A stretch of DNA of 64,000 bases from Bdellovibrionales bacterium. GTDB lineage: Bacteria; Bdellovibrionota; Bdellovibrionia; Bdellovibrionales; JAUICD01. Position numbers and translations under genes: made by a program. The DNA is taken from positions 1,152,001 to 1,216,000 of the forward strand of contig OZ253553.1 of assembly GCA_965262715.1 (NCBI GenBank), written 5' to 3'. How positions within the stretch are numbered: the first letter of the stretch is position 1; the number at the start of each line of letters is the position of its first letter. Below, piece by piece: positions 1 through 10,685 of the stretch. Below the pieces are notes generated by a model. The model ran no database searches. It saw only the letters and a list, made by a program, of their open reading frames with translations, and was not told the DNA's origin.

Positions 1-294
1 GTTTGCTGAAGTTATTCATAGTTTATCCATTTAATTTTACTTATATATAATAACTTCTGAAAATGCTTATTTGACAGCTTGATGTTTATGGCAAAGGATC
101 GTTCTTCCGCAGAGCTTTAGCTCGAGGACTACGAGACTTTGCCATAAACATCAAAATACATTCATTCAAATTAAATAATTTACAATAATCTTTTATGATA
201 ATTAAAACTTTGTTGGAATATTAATCCTAAAGTGATACAACTTTTAAAAATATCTATAAACACAAAAGAGTTGTACTTGCGATTTGAAGTTACA
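1..294 (+). mobile_element. Right end of an IS30-family element (last transposase codons, 3' non-coding region, right IR)
   Basis: Near-exact reverse complement of 37102-37395; starts with GTT TGC TGA, the V-C-stop end of the 37387..38340 transposase. Confidence 0.9.
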
Positions 295-348
295 ACATAT
301 AAGACTTTAATAGTGACAATAACATTATTAATATTTATACTGGTTGAA

Positions 349-651
349 TTAGGCAACAATGTCTGTCACATTCAAAACTGTTTTTAATCCAAAAGGTCTT
401 AACCATTTATCCAAAGTTTCAGGTTTAGGTATCCTCTCCTTTGACATAAATTTATCTATAGTCTGTGGTTTTGCACTTACTATATTTGCAAAGGCAGTGT
501 TTCCCACTTGAAGGATTATGAAACGTAAAGCATCTTCAAGAGTCATAGGTTCTTCATCATTTTCCATAAGTGATAAAATATAAGCTTTTGCAAATTCTTG
601 GTCTTGCATATTTTCAATAAAATCTTTATTAAAAGAATCACTTCTTCTCAT
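349..651 (-). CDS. HTH antitoxin of an addiction module (HigA-like)
   Basis: 100 aa, C-terminal HTH-like segment (PKPETLDKWLRPFGL); overlaps upstream RelE-like gene. Confidence 0.7.
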   Translation of the reverse strand: MRRSDSFNKDFIENMQDQEFAKAYILSLMENDEEPMTLEDALRFIILQVGNTAFANIVSAKPQTIDKFMSKERIPKPETLDKWLRPFGLKTVLNVTDIVA

Positions 652-997
652 AATAAGTTCTCCAATATTTTTTAACTTTATTTATATCACGTCTTTGAGT
701 TTTTTTGTTTCCACCTAAAAGAAGCATGATAAAGCTTTTTTTATTACCAAAATAAACTCGATAACCAGAAGCATAATTTATCTTAATTTCATAAATCCCA
801 TCACCTAATGCCTCAATATTCTTTTGTCCTCCACCTGAAGCAATACGATGAATATAAGATGTTATGATAGCTTTTGCCATTTTATCCAATTTTTTAAACC
901 ATTCTTGAAAAGGTTCCTTTTCATTATCCAATCGCAATACATGAATCTGCTTTACATTCATTAGAGTTATTCCAACACAAATGTGTTTAAATGTCAA
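638..997 (-). CDS. RelE/HigB-like toxin (addiction module killer); start may be nearer 961
   Basis: Motifs EPFQEW, LGDGIYEIKI..GYRVYF, LLLGGNKKTQRRDI. Confidence 0.85.
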   Translation of the reverse strand: MTFKHICVGITLMNVKQIHVLRLDNEKEPFQEWFKKLDKMAKAIITSYIHRIASGGGQKNIEALGDGIYEIKINYASGYRVYFGNKKSFIMLLLGGNKKTQRRDINKVKKYWRTYYEKK

Positions 998-1059
998 GAA
1001 CTATCAATAGGTATATATTTTAAACAAATAACTAATAAAAGATGTTTATACACTTCTGA

Positions 1060-1205
1060 GGTCTTGTTGCAGAAGGATTTATTAAATCTAAAATCCTTAA
1101 TCAAATGAAAACTCCTGCTTCCATGATAACCTAAATAACTTAATCTCAAAAATATAAAAAATACTCAACAATATCTCTCTAGCTAAATCCTTCTGCAACA
1201 AAGCC
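1060..1205. mobile_element. MITE-like relic with IS903-like (IS5 family) terminal inverted repeats
   Basis: GGTCTTGTTGCAGAAGGATTTA (1060-1081) and its near-perfect inverse (1184-1205). Confidence 0.65.
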
Positions 1206-1602
1206 TTTAAATACTGTAAAAACAGCAAAAAATTAATACCATCTCTGACTTTTTGAGACTTCTAATAATAGTTCTGAATGTAGTCGTTTATGCGATTTCT
1301 GAAGGCATTTTGAATCCATTCGAGGAAGACCGAGGTCTTCTGGAACCAAACGTAAGGATTACCCAATTCTGTAAAAAGAAAGTATTTTTCAAAAGAGAGA
1401 ATAGAAATTGATAAAAGGTATGTAAGGCAAGGTTTAATAAGAATATTGGTCGCTCATAAATTAGGTCATAGCTTATGACTGGCAGATCATCTAAGAGGAA
1501 ACATTTTTGCTCAAGGTGAATATGCAGTCATTTTGTTATGGATGCTCTTTCATTTCATACAAACTATAAACTATTTCTACTGATAAAGGATAGACCTTTA
1601 AG

Positions 1603-2481
1603 TTAGTTGGGAAGGTTACGATAAAAATCATTAAAAATAATCCACTCATTTTTTACACTTTCTTCAGGGGATGTTACATGGGATGTTAAATAATTTATAT
1701 TATCTGCTGCATGGTTTATCTCTTGGTATTGTTCTAAGGCAATAAGAACAAGTGTTCCTGTACCTACTGCAAATGCAACAGTTACAAGTGGAGCACCACC
1801 AAAGGCATAAATGCCTCCTTTTTTTATAAGAACTACAACACCAGCTGACAAGAAAGCAGTCATCCATGAACCAATATTACCACTTCTAACAATCACCTCT
1901 CCTTCATCTAAAGTTACTTGTGGAACTATTCCTGAATATAAAAAATCATGTGTCATAATAACATTCCCTAAAACATTATTTAGAGTTTGATTTTCAAATG
2001 GAATAACTGTCATAAGGATATTTCCATATCCTCTCTTTTTCATTTCAGCTAGAAATGTAGCATCAGCACTTGCACATTGTGTTGGTTGGTCACAAACTTG
2101 ATCATAAGATGTGGAAGATGTAGGTAAATAAGGCAGATGAAAAGACAGGCCATTATCTGAAGGTCTTAAATCAGAGAATAATTGACGCACATTACGACTC
2201 AACCTTTCTCTTAAAGCAGACCTGGCCCTTCTTTTACTTGTTATTTGCGCAGATAATAAAATTAATTCCTGGTTATTAAATTTTAGAGCAAAAGGAACAA
2301 TTAAAACATCTTCTTCATTAGAAGATGGTTCAGCTACTTCTTCACATAAAGGTTGCCCAGGTGAATTTTCAAAACACTCATAATAATCCATTTGCTCAAA
2401 AGGAGTTAAAGGAGTTATTTGAGCAAGCAAAGGACTTGCTGGTAAAATAAGAAAAATAAATACAATCCAACTTTTCATCAC
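1603..2481 (-). CDS. Hypothetical exported/membrane protein
   Basis: 292 aa, N-terminal signal peptide, GGAGG RBS, hydrophobic C-terminal segments. Confidence 0.7.
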   Translation of the reverse strand: MMKSWIVFIFLILPASPLLAQITPLTPFEQMDYYECFENSPGQPLCEEVAEPSSNEEDVLIVPFALKFNNQELILLSAQITSKRRARSALRERLSRNVRQLFSDLRPSDNGLSFHLPYLPTSSTSYDQVCDQPTQCASADATFLAEMKKRGYGNILMTVIPFENQTLNNVLGNVIMTHDFLYSGIVPQVTLDEGEVIVRSGNIGSWMTAFLSAGVVVLIKKGGIYAFGGAPLVTVAFAVGTGTLVLIALEQYQEINHAADNINYLTSHVTSPEESVKNEWIIFNDFYRNLPN

Positions 2482-2739
2482 TTACCTCCTAATACATTTT
2501 AATATGTTAACAGTTACTAAAATTACAGATTATTAATTTCTTTTAATTTTTATCTTTAGGTCTACTTCTTTATATATTGCAATTAAATCGTAATTTTGAA
2601 TGTTAACTATGTTGATTCTTAATCGACTCTTTTAACTTTGTATGGTGATTATAATATATAAAATTAAAAGTCAAGCAAATACCTTAAATTTGTATTTTTT
2701 TCACAAATAGCTAGGGGCTAAAGCTCCTTTATGATCTGT

Positions 2740-3162
2740 CTACCTATCATCCAAGTACATTTCATCAAGAGCTTGTAGTTTGGAATAAAGTTCACTCCCA
2801 GCTTCTGGAAGCACTGCACCATGATCTCTTAAAAGTCCTATAATGGTTATGTATCTTTCAAAAATAAAATATCTTCGAGAATCAAAAGCTCTGGAAATAG
2901 CAATATCAAGTGATTTTTCACCAAAAAAATTTGTAGCATTCACATCATTTATACCAGCGTTCAGTAAGGCTTCAACTGAAGCTACTCTTCCCATCAGTGA
3001 GGCGCGATAAAGCACTATATCTTCATGAGAATCATTTGATTTGCCATTGATATCTGCTCCATTTGCAATGGATGTTTGAACACATTCAATATCATTTAAG
3101 CAATGCCATTGGGTAAGAGGGTTAGTTCCTTGTGCTTGTATTTCCATTGAAAAACCTACCAC
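2740..3162 (-). CDS. Ankyrin-repeat protein, probably 5'-truncated
   Basis: NGADIN, LYRASLMGRVASVEALLNAG..DVNA, LLRDHGA motifs; helicase fragment directly upstream. Confidence 0.65.
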   Translation of the reverse strand: MVGFSMEIQAQGTNPLTQWHCLNDIECVQTSIANGADINGKSNDSHEDIVLYRASLMGRVASVEALLNAGINDVNATNFFGEKSLDIAISRAFDSRRYFIFERYITIIGLLRDHGAVLPEAGSELYSKLQALDEMYLDDR

Positions 3163-3173
3163 AATGATTATAG

Positions 3174-3400
3174 ATACGTCTCTTTAAATCATTAGCAGAT
3201 GCACGAGTGTAAGATACTACAAAAATATTATTAGGTTTTACTCCTCAGTTCAACAAATGTGAAATCCTTTGCTCTATAACTTTTGATTTTCCTGTTCCAG
3301 GTCCAGTAACTAAACGAACTAAGGGAGAGGTATCCTGAGCAGCTTTAGCCTGGTTTTCTTCAGCTTCTTTGTATTCTTGAGGATTGAATTTCACTTTTAT
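3174..3400 (-). pseudogene. N-terminal fragment of a UvrD-like helicase paralogous to 20613..22661
   Basis: Manual translation AAQDTSPLVRLVTGPGTGKSKVIEQRISHLLN*GVKPNNIFVVSYTRASANDLK with an internal stop. Confidence 0.8.
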
Positions 3401-3531
3401 TTCTCTTGTCGAATTAAGGTTAGAAAGTTTATTTTAAATAACTTATTTCAAAATCACTCTTCAACTACTAAAAAGTAATTTATAATTTACTTTAATATAA
3501 CTTACAGAGTCTATTTTTCAAGTGCTTGTTG

Positions 3532-3750
3532 ACCGCAGTATCCACGCATACCTTTATTCCGTTTCACTTCTCTACAATGTGCTCTTACTACAACCTAACT
3601 GTTTGGCAATTTCGCTTATTGATTTTCCACTTCTCAAAATAGCTGAAATTTGATATCTCTCACATTAAATTAGATAAGCGACCACTCATGGAATACTCCT
3701 CTAACTCCCTTTTAAATAACTATGCAAGGAGTTCCACTTACGACTTGACT
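3532..3750 (-). mobile_element. Degenerate IS30 left end and transposase N-terminal HTH fragment
   Basis: Similar to 38180-38435 (ctcatggaatactcct, tttaaataactatgcaaggagtt). Confidence 0.75.
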
Positions 3751-3819
3751 ATCTATATCTATTTTTTATGTAAGACATGTAAGAGGTTATAAAATTGCTT
3801 TATAAAGAAAAGGAACAAA

Positions 3820-4179
3820 TTGGAAATGCTCCCAAAATCTAAAATCTATAGTATTATCAATGAATCTCTTTCTGCTGTTTGTTTTGTAATGGATTATGTT
3901 GAGTTTCATTTTGATGGAAAAATAGTTCGATCTCTTACAAATCCTATATTGAAGGTGTCAAATGAAAATTTTGAGTTTCCAGATTCGGGATCACGAGATC
4001 GGTTTTGTTCATTAATAGGACAGACTGTAATTGATATAACTTTAAAAGAAGAAGACAGGATCGAATTAATATTTAATACTGGAAATAAATTAATAATTCC
4101 ATTATTAGAATCTAAACGAATAGGACCTGAAGCGGCGCACTTTATCCATGGTTATAATCAACCAATGGAAGTATGGTAG
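3820..4179 (+). CDS. Hypothetical protein
   Basis: 119-aa ORF with AAGGA RBS. Confidence 0.65.
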   Translation: MEMLPKSKIYSIINESLSAVCFVMDYVEFHFDGKIVRSLTNPILKVSNENFEFPDSGSRDRFCSLIGQTVIDITLKEEDRIELIFNTGNKLIIPLLESKRIGPEAAHFIHGYNQPMEVW

Positions 4180-4382
4180 AAAGATGTAAAACAACCAATC
4201 AGAGATCTAAGTATGTAAAGACTGTTGCTATTTTGAGTTCAGACATGGCAGAATTTTTTTTTGCTCTCTTTAAAAATAGTCAACTATGATCGCTTAGTTT
4301 AGTTATTCTAGAAATTTTTAAAAATCCTGTTAAAAAATATTTTTCATAAAAACCATCGTGTTTCCATGGGTTAATAAAGGGA

Positions 4383-4845
4383 ATGGTGCACACTACACCT
4401 CTATATGCAGAAAACGTGTTCAATCCTGAGTTTTCAATGGAATCAACTACTTCTATCACATCTTTATCTATGTCTGAAAGCGTGCTCAAACAGAAATATC
4501 TCAAAAACTACCTCTCAATAAGGGAAATTGCAAAAGAATTTTCGTGCTCAAAAACCAAAATCAGAGACTTACTTTTAAAATACAAAATGCCATCAAAGAT
4601 ATGATAGTCGCACTTACGGCAAGAAAAAGATAAATGGTAAAACGATAGATCATAAAAGAGAGTTAAAAACCATTGAGACCATCAAAAAACTTTATATTAA
4701 AGGTATCAATCCAAATACAATAGCTAAGGTATTAAGCACTATGAAAATACCAACTAAACAGCATAAAAAAGAGTGGCATCATCACACAATTATCAATCTT
4801 CTTAAAAGAGAAAATATTTATAAACAAGAAAAATCAATAGCTTAG
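4383..4845 (+). pseudogene. Frameshifted copy of the HTH + recombinase-DNA-binding-domain gene
   Basis: Near-identical to 9545..10030 but with a short deletion between AAATGCCA repeats near 4590. Confidence 0.85.
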
Positions 4846-5306
4846 GAGGAAATTATGGAAACATTCATTAAAATTATTATAAACTTATCATTGATATTTG
4901 GATCAGGTTATTGTGCCAAAAAGCTTTGATGTCGAGGAAGCAACTGTTAAGAGGATTAAAAAGGCACTTTCATCATCAGAGCAATTTGCCAGAAAACTTA
5001 CTGGCACAAAACTGCCTTTCTAAAGTAGGATTTTAGTCTTGTCTAATAGAATAAAGTTTCTTTTGAAGTTCTTAACTTATAGATACACTTGTCTAAGCAA
5101 GATGAAGCAGGGAGGTTATGGGCTCTTAATATATTGAATTATCAAAGCGCATTTACAATAAGTCCCAGATAATTATTTGTATCATTGAGGTTCAATATCT
5201 TTGTAGGGAGCAAACTGTAATGCCATAAGTTCTTTATGTCGATGAGTAACTTATAGATATTAAAAAAATAATTTTTTTACAAAAATAGTTTAAAATATTA
5301 AAAAAG
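4430..5306 (+). repeat. ~900-bp direct repeat, copy 1 (copy 2 ~9590-10492)
   Basis: Near-identical by eye up to ...AAAATATTAAAAAAGC. Confidence 0.9.
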
Positions 5307-5539
5307 CAAAAGATAAAAGACAATTTTTTTTGGTTACACATAATCCTAACTTAGCTGTAGTATGTGACGCCGAACAAATAATCACTGCTTCTATTGATAA
5401 AATAGGAGATAATGCTGTTAATTACCATTCTGGAGCCATTGAAAATCCTAAGACAAATCAAAATATTATGGATATATTAGAAGGAACACAACCTGCTTTT
5501 GAAAATAGAGAAAGTAAATATCATAAAATAAAAAGGTAA
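5307..5539 (+). pseudogene. C-terminal fragment of an ABC/AAA ATPase (TrlF/Ppl-like)
   Basis: RQFFLVTHNPNLAVVCDAEQII...SGAIEN H-loop region; no N-terminus. Confidence 0.7.
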
Positions 5540-5983
5540 ATATTTATTCTTTGCTAGATTGAAATTTAATCTTTGCTTGGGTTGCTTTTTTTCAATTTCA
5601 TTATAATTTTACCTAATTTAATGAAAATTAGAAAATTTTACATTGTAGATGTATTTTTCAACAACTTGCAAGAGTCCCTTAATATCCTTATCCATAAAAT
5701 CTTTTACATCTCTAATGAAGTGTAAAAAAGAAGAAATTTTAATAATATATTATTAATTAAAAAAACTTAAAATTTTCCTAATTTCAGTAAATTAAAAATT
5801 AATAAAAAATTATTGTAAAAATAAAGAGGAAGTTAGAAACTGAAATGACTCAACAAGTCTTGTATTATTGTATAATACATGTTGTCACAAGTATTAGATT
5901 CCTTTACAAACACTAAAAAATTTCCTAAAGTCACTAAGTGAAACTAGCATTGGTCAACATTCTGTAAAATTTTTTAAGGTTTT

Positions 5984-6340
5984 ATGAAAAAGAGAAAATA
6001 CTTTCAACATACTTTTGAATTCTTAGTTTTAGAACATAGGCCAGATGGGGAAACTGAAGGACCAGCTTCACGTATTTTGTCATGCTTGAGTTTTTCAAAA
6101 CATGGCATGAAACTTAAAGGCCAGCCAAGATATGACAGCTTTTCAGTTATAATTTCAGCACCTCAAGATGGAGCAAAGCTTAATGCTAGAGTAGAGGTTA
6201 TTAGTGGAGATAGTCACTCCTTTGGTGTGAAATTTATTGACCCCTCACCAGAACTACTTGAAAAACTTTCTTGGTGGGAAGATGATGTTAAGGCTTATCC
6301 TGCTGTATCGCCCTCCCAAAGTGTGGATATCGGCGTTTAA
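5984..6340 (+). CDS. PilZ-like domain protein
   Basis: N-terminal KRKY, LSFSKHGMKL and C-terminal FGVKF; 118 aa. Confidence 0.55.
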   Translation: MKKRKYFQHTFEFLVLEHRPDGETEGPASRILSCLSFSKHGMKLKGQPRYDSFSVIISAPQDGAKLNARVEVISGDSHSFGVKFIDPSPELLEKLSWWEDDVKAYPAVSPSQSVDIGV

Positions 6341-9260
6341 ACCAAGTTTCAATTTCTATTTGGTCTTCCTTTGGAATTGCAAAAAGATCATATATTTTTT
6401 CCCAACATTCATTCATTTCTGACTTAGCATAGTTTCCCTTATTTTTTTCTAAGAGAATGGTATCTACACTTTTTATAATATCTTTAAATTGTTCCTCAGT
6501 TGGAACCACAATTGGAATTTGTCTAATAATATCTATTTCGGTCATAACTGTATGTTGTAAAAAATTTTTAGTAAGATATCTAATAAGAGGTGAACATAAC
6601 AAACCCAATAAATATTTGGTAATAGCACCTGTCGATGGAATTATTAAACTACCTTTATCTCCAAAGACCCCTCCAAAACTTAATTCAAAGGTGGGGGCAT
6701 ACAAACCTGCTCGTGAAAATCGAATTCCAGATATGAAATAATATCTTTTGTTTTGAAAACGAGGTTTTTTAGGAGTTCCAGCAGGCCATGTATTTCTTTC
6801 CTTTAAGATAGTTACTGATTTTTTTGACCAATCAATCCAGTAATCCACCGGTGACCAAAATAATCTAAGCTCGCCCTTTTCTGTATTTTGTTCTCCTCCT
6901 TTATCGAAGGGTACAAAATATTTTTCTCGTTTTCTATCTAAAACTTTAATGCCGTTTTCTTTTTCATCAAGTGTGAGAGAAGAAATTTCACTTTGATCGA
7001 TAATACACCTAAGATCTACATCCTTAATGTATTTTCTTCGTGCATTTGGAATAACTCCTGGTGTTTTTCTAAGAAAATACTTATCATCAGCGGTAGCTAA
7101 TCCTTGCTTTACTTGAGCAACTTGCCAAAGCTTGATCATTGGGATCCATTTTTGATTTCTCTTAATTTCAAGACCTTTAATATTACCGATTTTAGGAAAA
7201 TTAATATTTTTCTTTCTTATATAATCTTTGTATTCCTTATCAACACAAAAAAGATAAAGGGATGGAAGACCTGCTACTATTGGAAAAATATGATCTTCAT
7301 GGCTAGTTAAATCAATATCTATACCTAAATTAATATCAGATAGCTTATTTTCTACTTCTTTAGGTTTGGGCGGCATCAATCTGAGATTCATTAAATGTTG
7401 AGGAAAACTATAATTTCCTAAAGATTCTTTTAAAAGGACATGATCTTTATTCTTTGACCACGCTTTCAGTGCTGTTAAAAATTCAGGTTTAGATGGGTGA
7501 ATTGGCCAAGCATCGTAAAAGTGATATAAGTGATCATTAATCTCTTTCTCTTTGGATCTCTTCGTTATGTCAAAAATACAACAGAATACATCTCGATTTG
7601 AAAAAACATTTCTGTGTAAAGTGTAGATAGATTCAATTAAACTATTGTTAAATATTTGTTTCCTTAAATTTTTATGAGTTCTATTGGTAAGAAAAGTACT
7701 GCTTAAGATAAATAACAATTTTCCTTCATTTGGAAGTATATTCAAACTTTTTGAAATAAAACAACCATAAGAGTCATTGCTCCCTACATCAAATTGATCA
7801 GCTATCTTTTTATTCACTTTGATTCCATACGGTGGATTCCCTATCACCAGATCAGGAGCAAATTTAGAAAAATTAATAAAGAATTTGTTTTCAATAAAAT
7901 CTCCCTGTTTAACAACAATAGAGAAATCAAAGTACCCATTTGGAGCAATAGCTTTCCAAAGAGCTGGAGTTTTATACAGTTCCAAAAACATACCTAGTTG
8001 AGTGGTTTGAACTGCAAATGGATCAATATCTATGGCTTTAATGTGAGAGATAGTTTTTAAATGTGCTTGTATAATCTTTTCTTTGTTACCTACTTTACCA
8101 AGATACACATTACACATTCGCTTGTAAATTTCCCTAACAAAATGTCCTGAACCACAAGCTGGCTCGAGGACTTTCTTAGACTTCCATCCGCCAAGTGCTT
8201 TTTCAGCTCTATCAACCATAGAATTAACAATAACCGGAGGAGTATAAACATTTCCAAGAGATTTCACTTGAAGATCAAGCTCTTCTGATCTAACCAGTCC
8301 ATCCCAAATATCACCAATCGGATTATCTCTATCTTCAAAAACCAATGCTTGTGTAATAGATACACTTGACATAACTTCAACAAGAAATTCCTCACAATGA
8401 CTTGAAAAGTCTAAAACATCATATGGTTCTGCTTCTAAGATACCGGGAAAACTTTCTGCATATTTTTTAAATTCCTTTTTTATAGCTTTAGGAAATGGAT
8501 TATCTTGTCTATCTGTAATGATTTTTATAAATAAAACTTTTAATGTAAGAGACAGAGCTATGCTAGAAATGACACTTCTTATGGCTGTTTCTTCAGTTGC
8601 TTTTTCCAATGTGGGATCAACAAATGACTTTCTAGTTTCTAGTACCTTTTCAAATTTAATTTTTCGTGTTTCGAGCTTAGAAGTAGAGAAAATATAACCT
8701 TCTGAAAAGTAGCTGTTAGTTAAGTCATCAAATATTTTTTCTCTTACTATTTTTAATAAGCGTATAACTTGTTTTAGAGTTAATTGCTCCGTGAGCAAAC
8801 CTGATCCTTTTTGCTCTAAGGCTTTAGACCATAGTATTTCGTCACAAGGAGTATATGAGAACTCACCTGATCGATCCTTTAATCTTTTGTACCATTGAAA
8901 ATCTTTACCATTGGAAAGAAGAGCATAAGGAGGAGGAATAGGAAAAGATTCACCTAAGCAATAATCAAACAGTTGATTTTCATCGCTCTTACTGAGTATT
9001 CGCTTTTCACTTTTTGCTTCAACTAAGAGAATGATGCCACTATCATTTTTAAAAGCTCCGTCATAAGGTCCTTTTCTTTTTCCTCTTTTATGAACCCAAG
9101 TTTGTTCATCAAAAAACCTACTTTGACGAGGAGGGTATCCTAAAGACTCTAAATGAGGGTAGATAAGTTTACTAAATGTATTAAATTCATTTTCTCTTCT
9201 AAAATTAGAAATATTAGTTTGTTGTTTTGATTTCTTCTCTTTTCCCATACCTAAGTTCAC
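6288..9260 (-). CDS. Type IIG-like fused restriction endonuclease/N6-adenine methyltransferase
   Basis: N-terminal D..VEAK nuclease and LLSNG motif, VYTP, LEPACGSGHF, GNPPY, C-terminal TRD-like region. Confidence 0.85.
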   Translation of the reverse strand: MNLGMGKEKKSKQQTNISNFRRENEFNTFSKLIYPHLESLGYPPRQSRFFDEQTWVHKRGKRKGPYDGAFKNDSGIILLVEAKSEKRILSKSDENQLFDYCLGESFPIPPPYALLSNGKDFQWYKRLKDRSGEFSYTPCDEILWSKALEQKGSGLLTEQLTLKQVIRLLKIVREKIFDDLTNSYFSEGYIFSTSKLETRKIKFEKVLETRKSFVDPTLEKATEETAIRSVISSIALSLTLKVLFIKIITDRQDNPFPKAIKKEFKKYAESFPGILEAEPYDVLDFSSHCEEFLVEVMSSVSITQALVFEDRDNPIGDIWDGLVRSEELDLQVKSLGNVYTPPVIVNSMVDRAEKALGGWKSKKVLEPACGSGHFVREIYKRMCNVYLGKVGNKEKIIQAHLKTISHIKAIDIDPFAVQTTQLGMFLELYKTPALWKAIAPNGYFDFSIVVKQGDFIENKFFINFSKFAPDLVIGNPPYGIKVNKKIADQFDVGSNDSYGCFISKSLNILPNEGKLLFILSSTFLTNRTHKNLRKQIFNNSLIESIYTLHRNVFSNRDVFCCIFDITKRSKEKEINDHLYHFYDAWPIHPSKPEFLTALKAWSKNKDHVLLKESLGNYSFPQHLMNLRLMPPKPKEVENKLSDINLGIDIDLTSHEDHIFPIVAGLPSLYLFCVDKEYKDYIRKKNINFPKIGNIKGLEIKRNQKWIPMIKLWQVAQVKQGLATADDKYFLRKTPGVIPNARRKYIKDVDLRCIIDQSEISSLTLDEKENGIKVLDRKREKYFVPFDKGGEQNTEKGELRLFWSPVDYWIDWSKKSVTILKERNTWPAGTPKKPRFQNKRYYFISGIRFSRAGLYAPTFELSFGGVFGDKGSLIIPSTGAITKYLLGLLCSPLIRYLTKNFLQHTVMTEIDIIRQIPIVVPTEEQFKDIIKSVDTILLEKNKGNYAKSEMNECWEKIYDLFAIPKEDQIEIETWFKRRYPHFGRAIQQDKP

Positions 9261-9544
9261 TATATTTCTTTTTTTATTTCATTAGAAATAATGTCAAATA
9301 TAGGAGCTGTTAAGAAGTTTTTGAATTGCTTTAAGAACTGAATTATATTTTTATTTTTGTCATCAGAAGTCTTTCTCATAAGGCTATCCTGACAATCTCA
9401 TCCTAAAAGTCAATCTAAAGCTTCATAGCATCATCCAAATCCTATCTAATTTGTTCATAACCTGCACTAAGTTCTGAATTTGTCTTTAAAGAAGACTCTT
9501 TAAATTCTCGCATATACGAGAACTTTTATTGCCCAATACGAAAA

Positions 9545-10030
9545 ATGGTGGACGCTGGCCTTCTATGGGCAAAAAACGTACTCAATCCTCAGTTTTCAAT
9601 GAAATCAACTATTTCTATCACTTCTTTACCTATTCCTGAAAGCGTACTCAAACAGAAATATCTCAAAAACTACCTCTCAATAAAAGAAATTGCAAAGGAA
9701 TTTTCGTGCTCAAAAACCAAAATCAGAGACCTACTTTTAAAATACAAAATGCCATTAAGAAAGCCTTCAAAATGCCATCAAAGATATGATAGTCGCACTT
9801 ACGGCAAGAAAAAGATAAATGGTAAAACGATAGATCACAAAAGAGAGTTAAAAACCATTGAAACCATTAAAAAGCTTTATGCTAAAGGTATCAATCCAAA
9901 TACAATAGCTAAGGTATTAAGCACTATGAAAATACCAACTAAACAGCATAAAAAAGAGTGGCATCATCACACAATTATCAATCTTCTTAAAAGAGAAAAT
10001 ATTTATAAACAAGAAAAATCAATAGCTTAG
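9545..10030 (+). CDS. HTH plus serine-recombinase 'Recombinase' DNA-binding domain protein, no catalytic domain
   Basis: LSIKEIAKEFSCSKTKIRDLL HTH; YG...E...I.KLY..G...IA..L...PT....W....I..LL pattern. Confidence 0.75.
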   Translation: MVDAGLLWAKNVLNPQFSMKSTISITSLPIPESVLKQKYLKNYLSIKEIAKEFSCSKTKIRDLLLKYKMPLRKPSKCHQRYDSRTYGKKKINGKTIDHKRELKTIETIKKLYAKGINPNTIAKVLSTMKIPTKQHKKEWHHHTIINLLKRENIYKQEKSIA

Positions 10031-10492
10031 GAGGAAATTATGGAAACATTCATTAAAATTATTATAAACTTATCATTGATATTTGGATCAGGTTATTGTG
10101 CCAAAAAGCTTTGATGTCGAGGAAGCAACTGTTAAGAGGATTAAAAAGGCACTTTCATCATCAGAGCAATTTGCCAGAAAACTTACTGACACAAAACTGC
10201 CTTTCTAAAGTAGGATTTTAGTCTTGTCTAATAGAATAAAGTTTCTTTTGAAGTTCTTAACTTATAGATACACTTGTCTAAGCAAGATGAAGCGGGGAGG
10301 TTATGGGCTCTTAATATATTGAATTATCAAAGCGCATTTACAATAAGTCCCAGATAATTATTTGTATCATTGAGGTTCAATATCTTTGTAGGGAGCAAAC
10401 TGTAATGCCATAAGTTCTTTATGTCGATGAGTAACTTATAGATATTAAAAAAATAATTTTTTTACAAAAATAGTTTAAAATATTAAAAAAGC
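9590..10492 (+). repeat. ~900-bp direct repeat, copy 2
   Basis: Matches 4430-5306. Confidence 0.9.
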
Positions 10493-10685
10493 CTAAAAAT
10501 ATGAGAAAAATTCACTTTAAAAATACTCATTATAGTGTTAAAAATACTAATAGATAAAATAATAGAGTGAAATAAAAAAAAGATTGCTTAAGAGTTTTCC
10601 AATATTACAGTGCATTAATGCAATGCACTTAGATATATAATAGTTTTTTGTAAAGCTCATATTAAAATAAAAAAATAAGGATTTT

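Noticed and set aside
1300..1585. Possible metallopeptidase relic (ILVAHKLGHSL*LADH)
   Set aside because: Too short and degraded to call
5616..5792. Imperfect ~25-bp inverted repeat, possible MITE
   Set aside because: Almost all A/T with several mismatches; chance cannot be excluded
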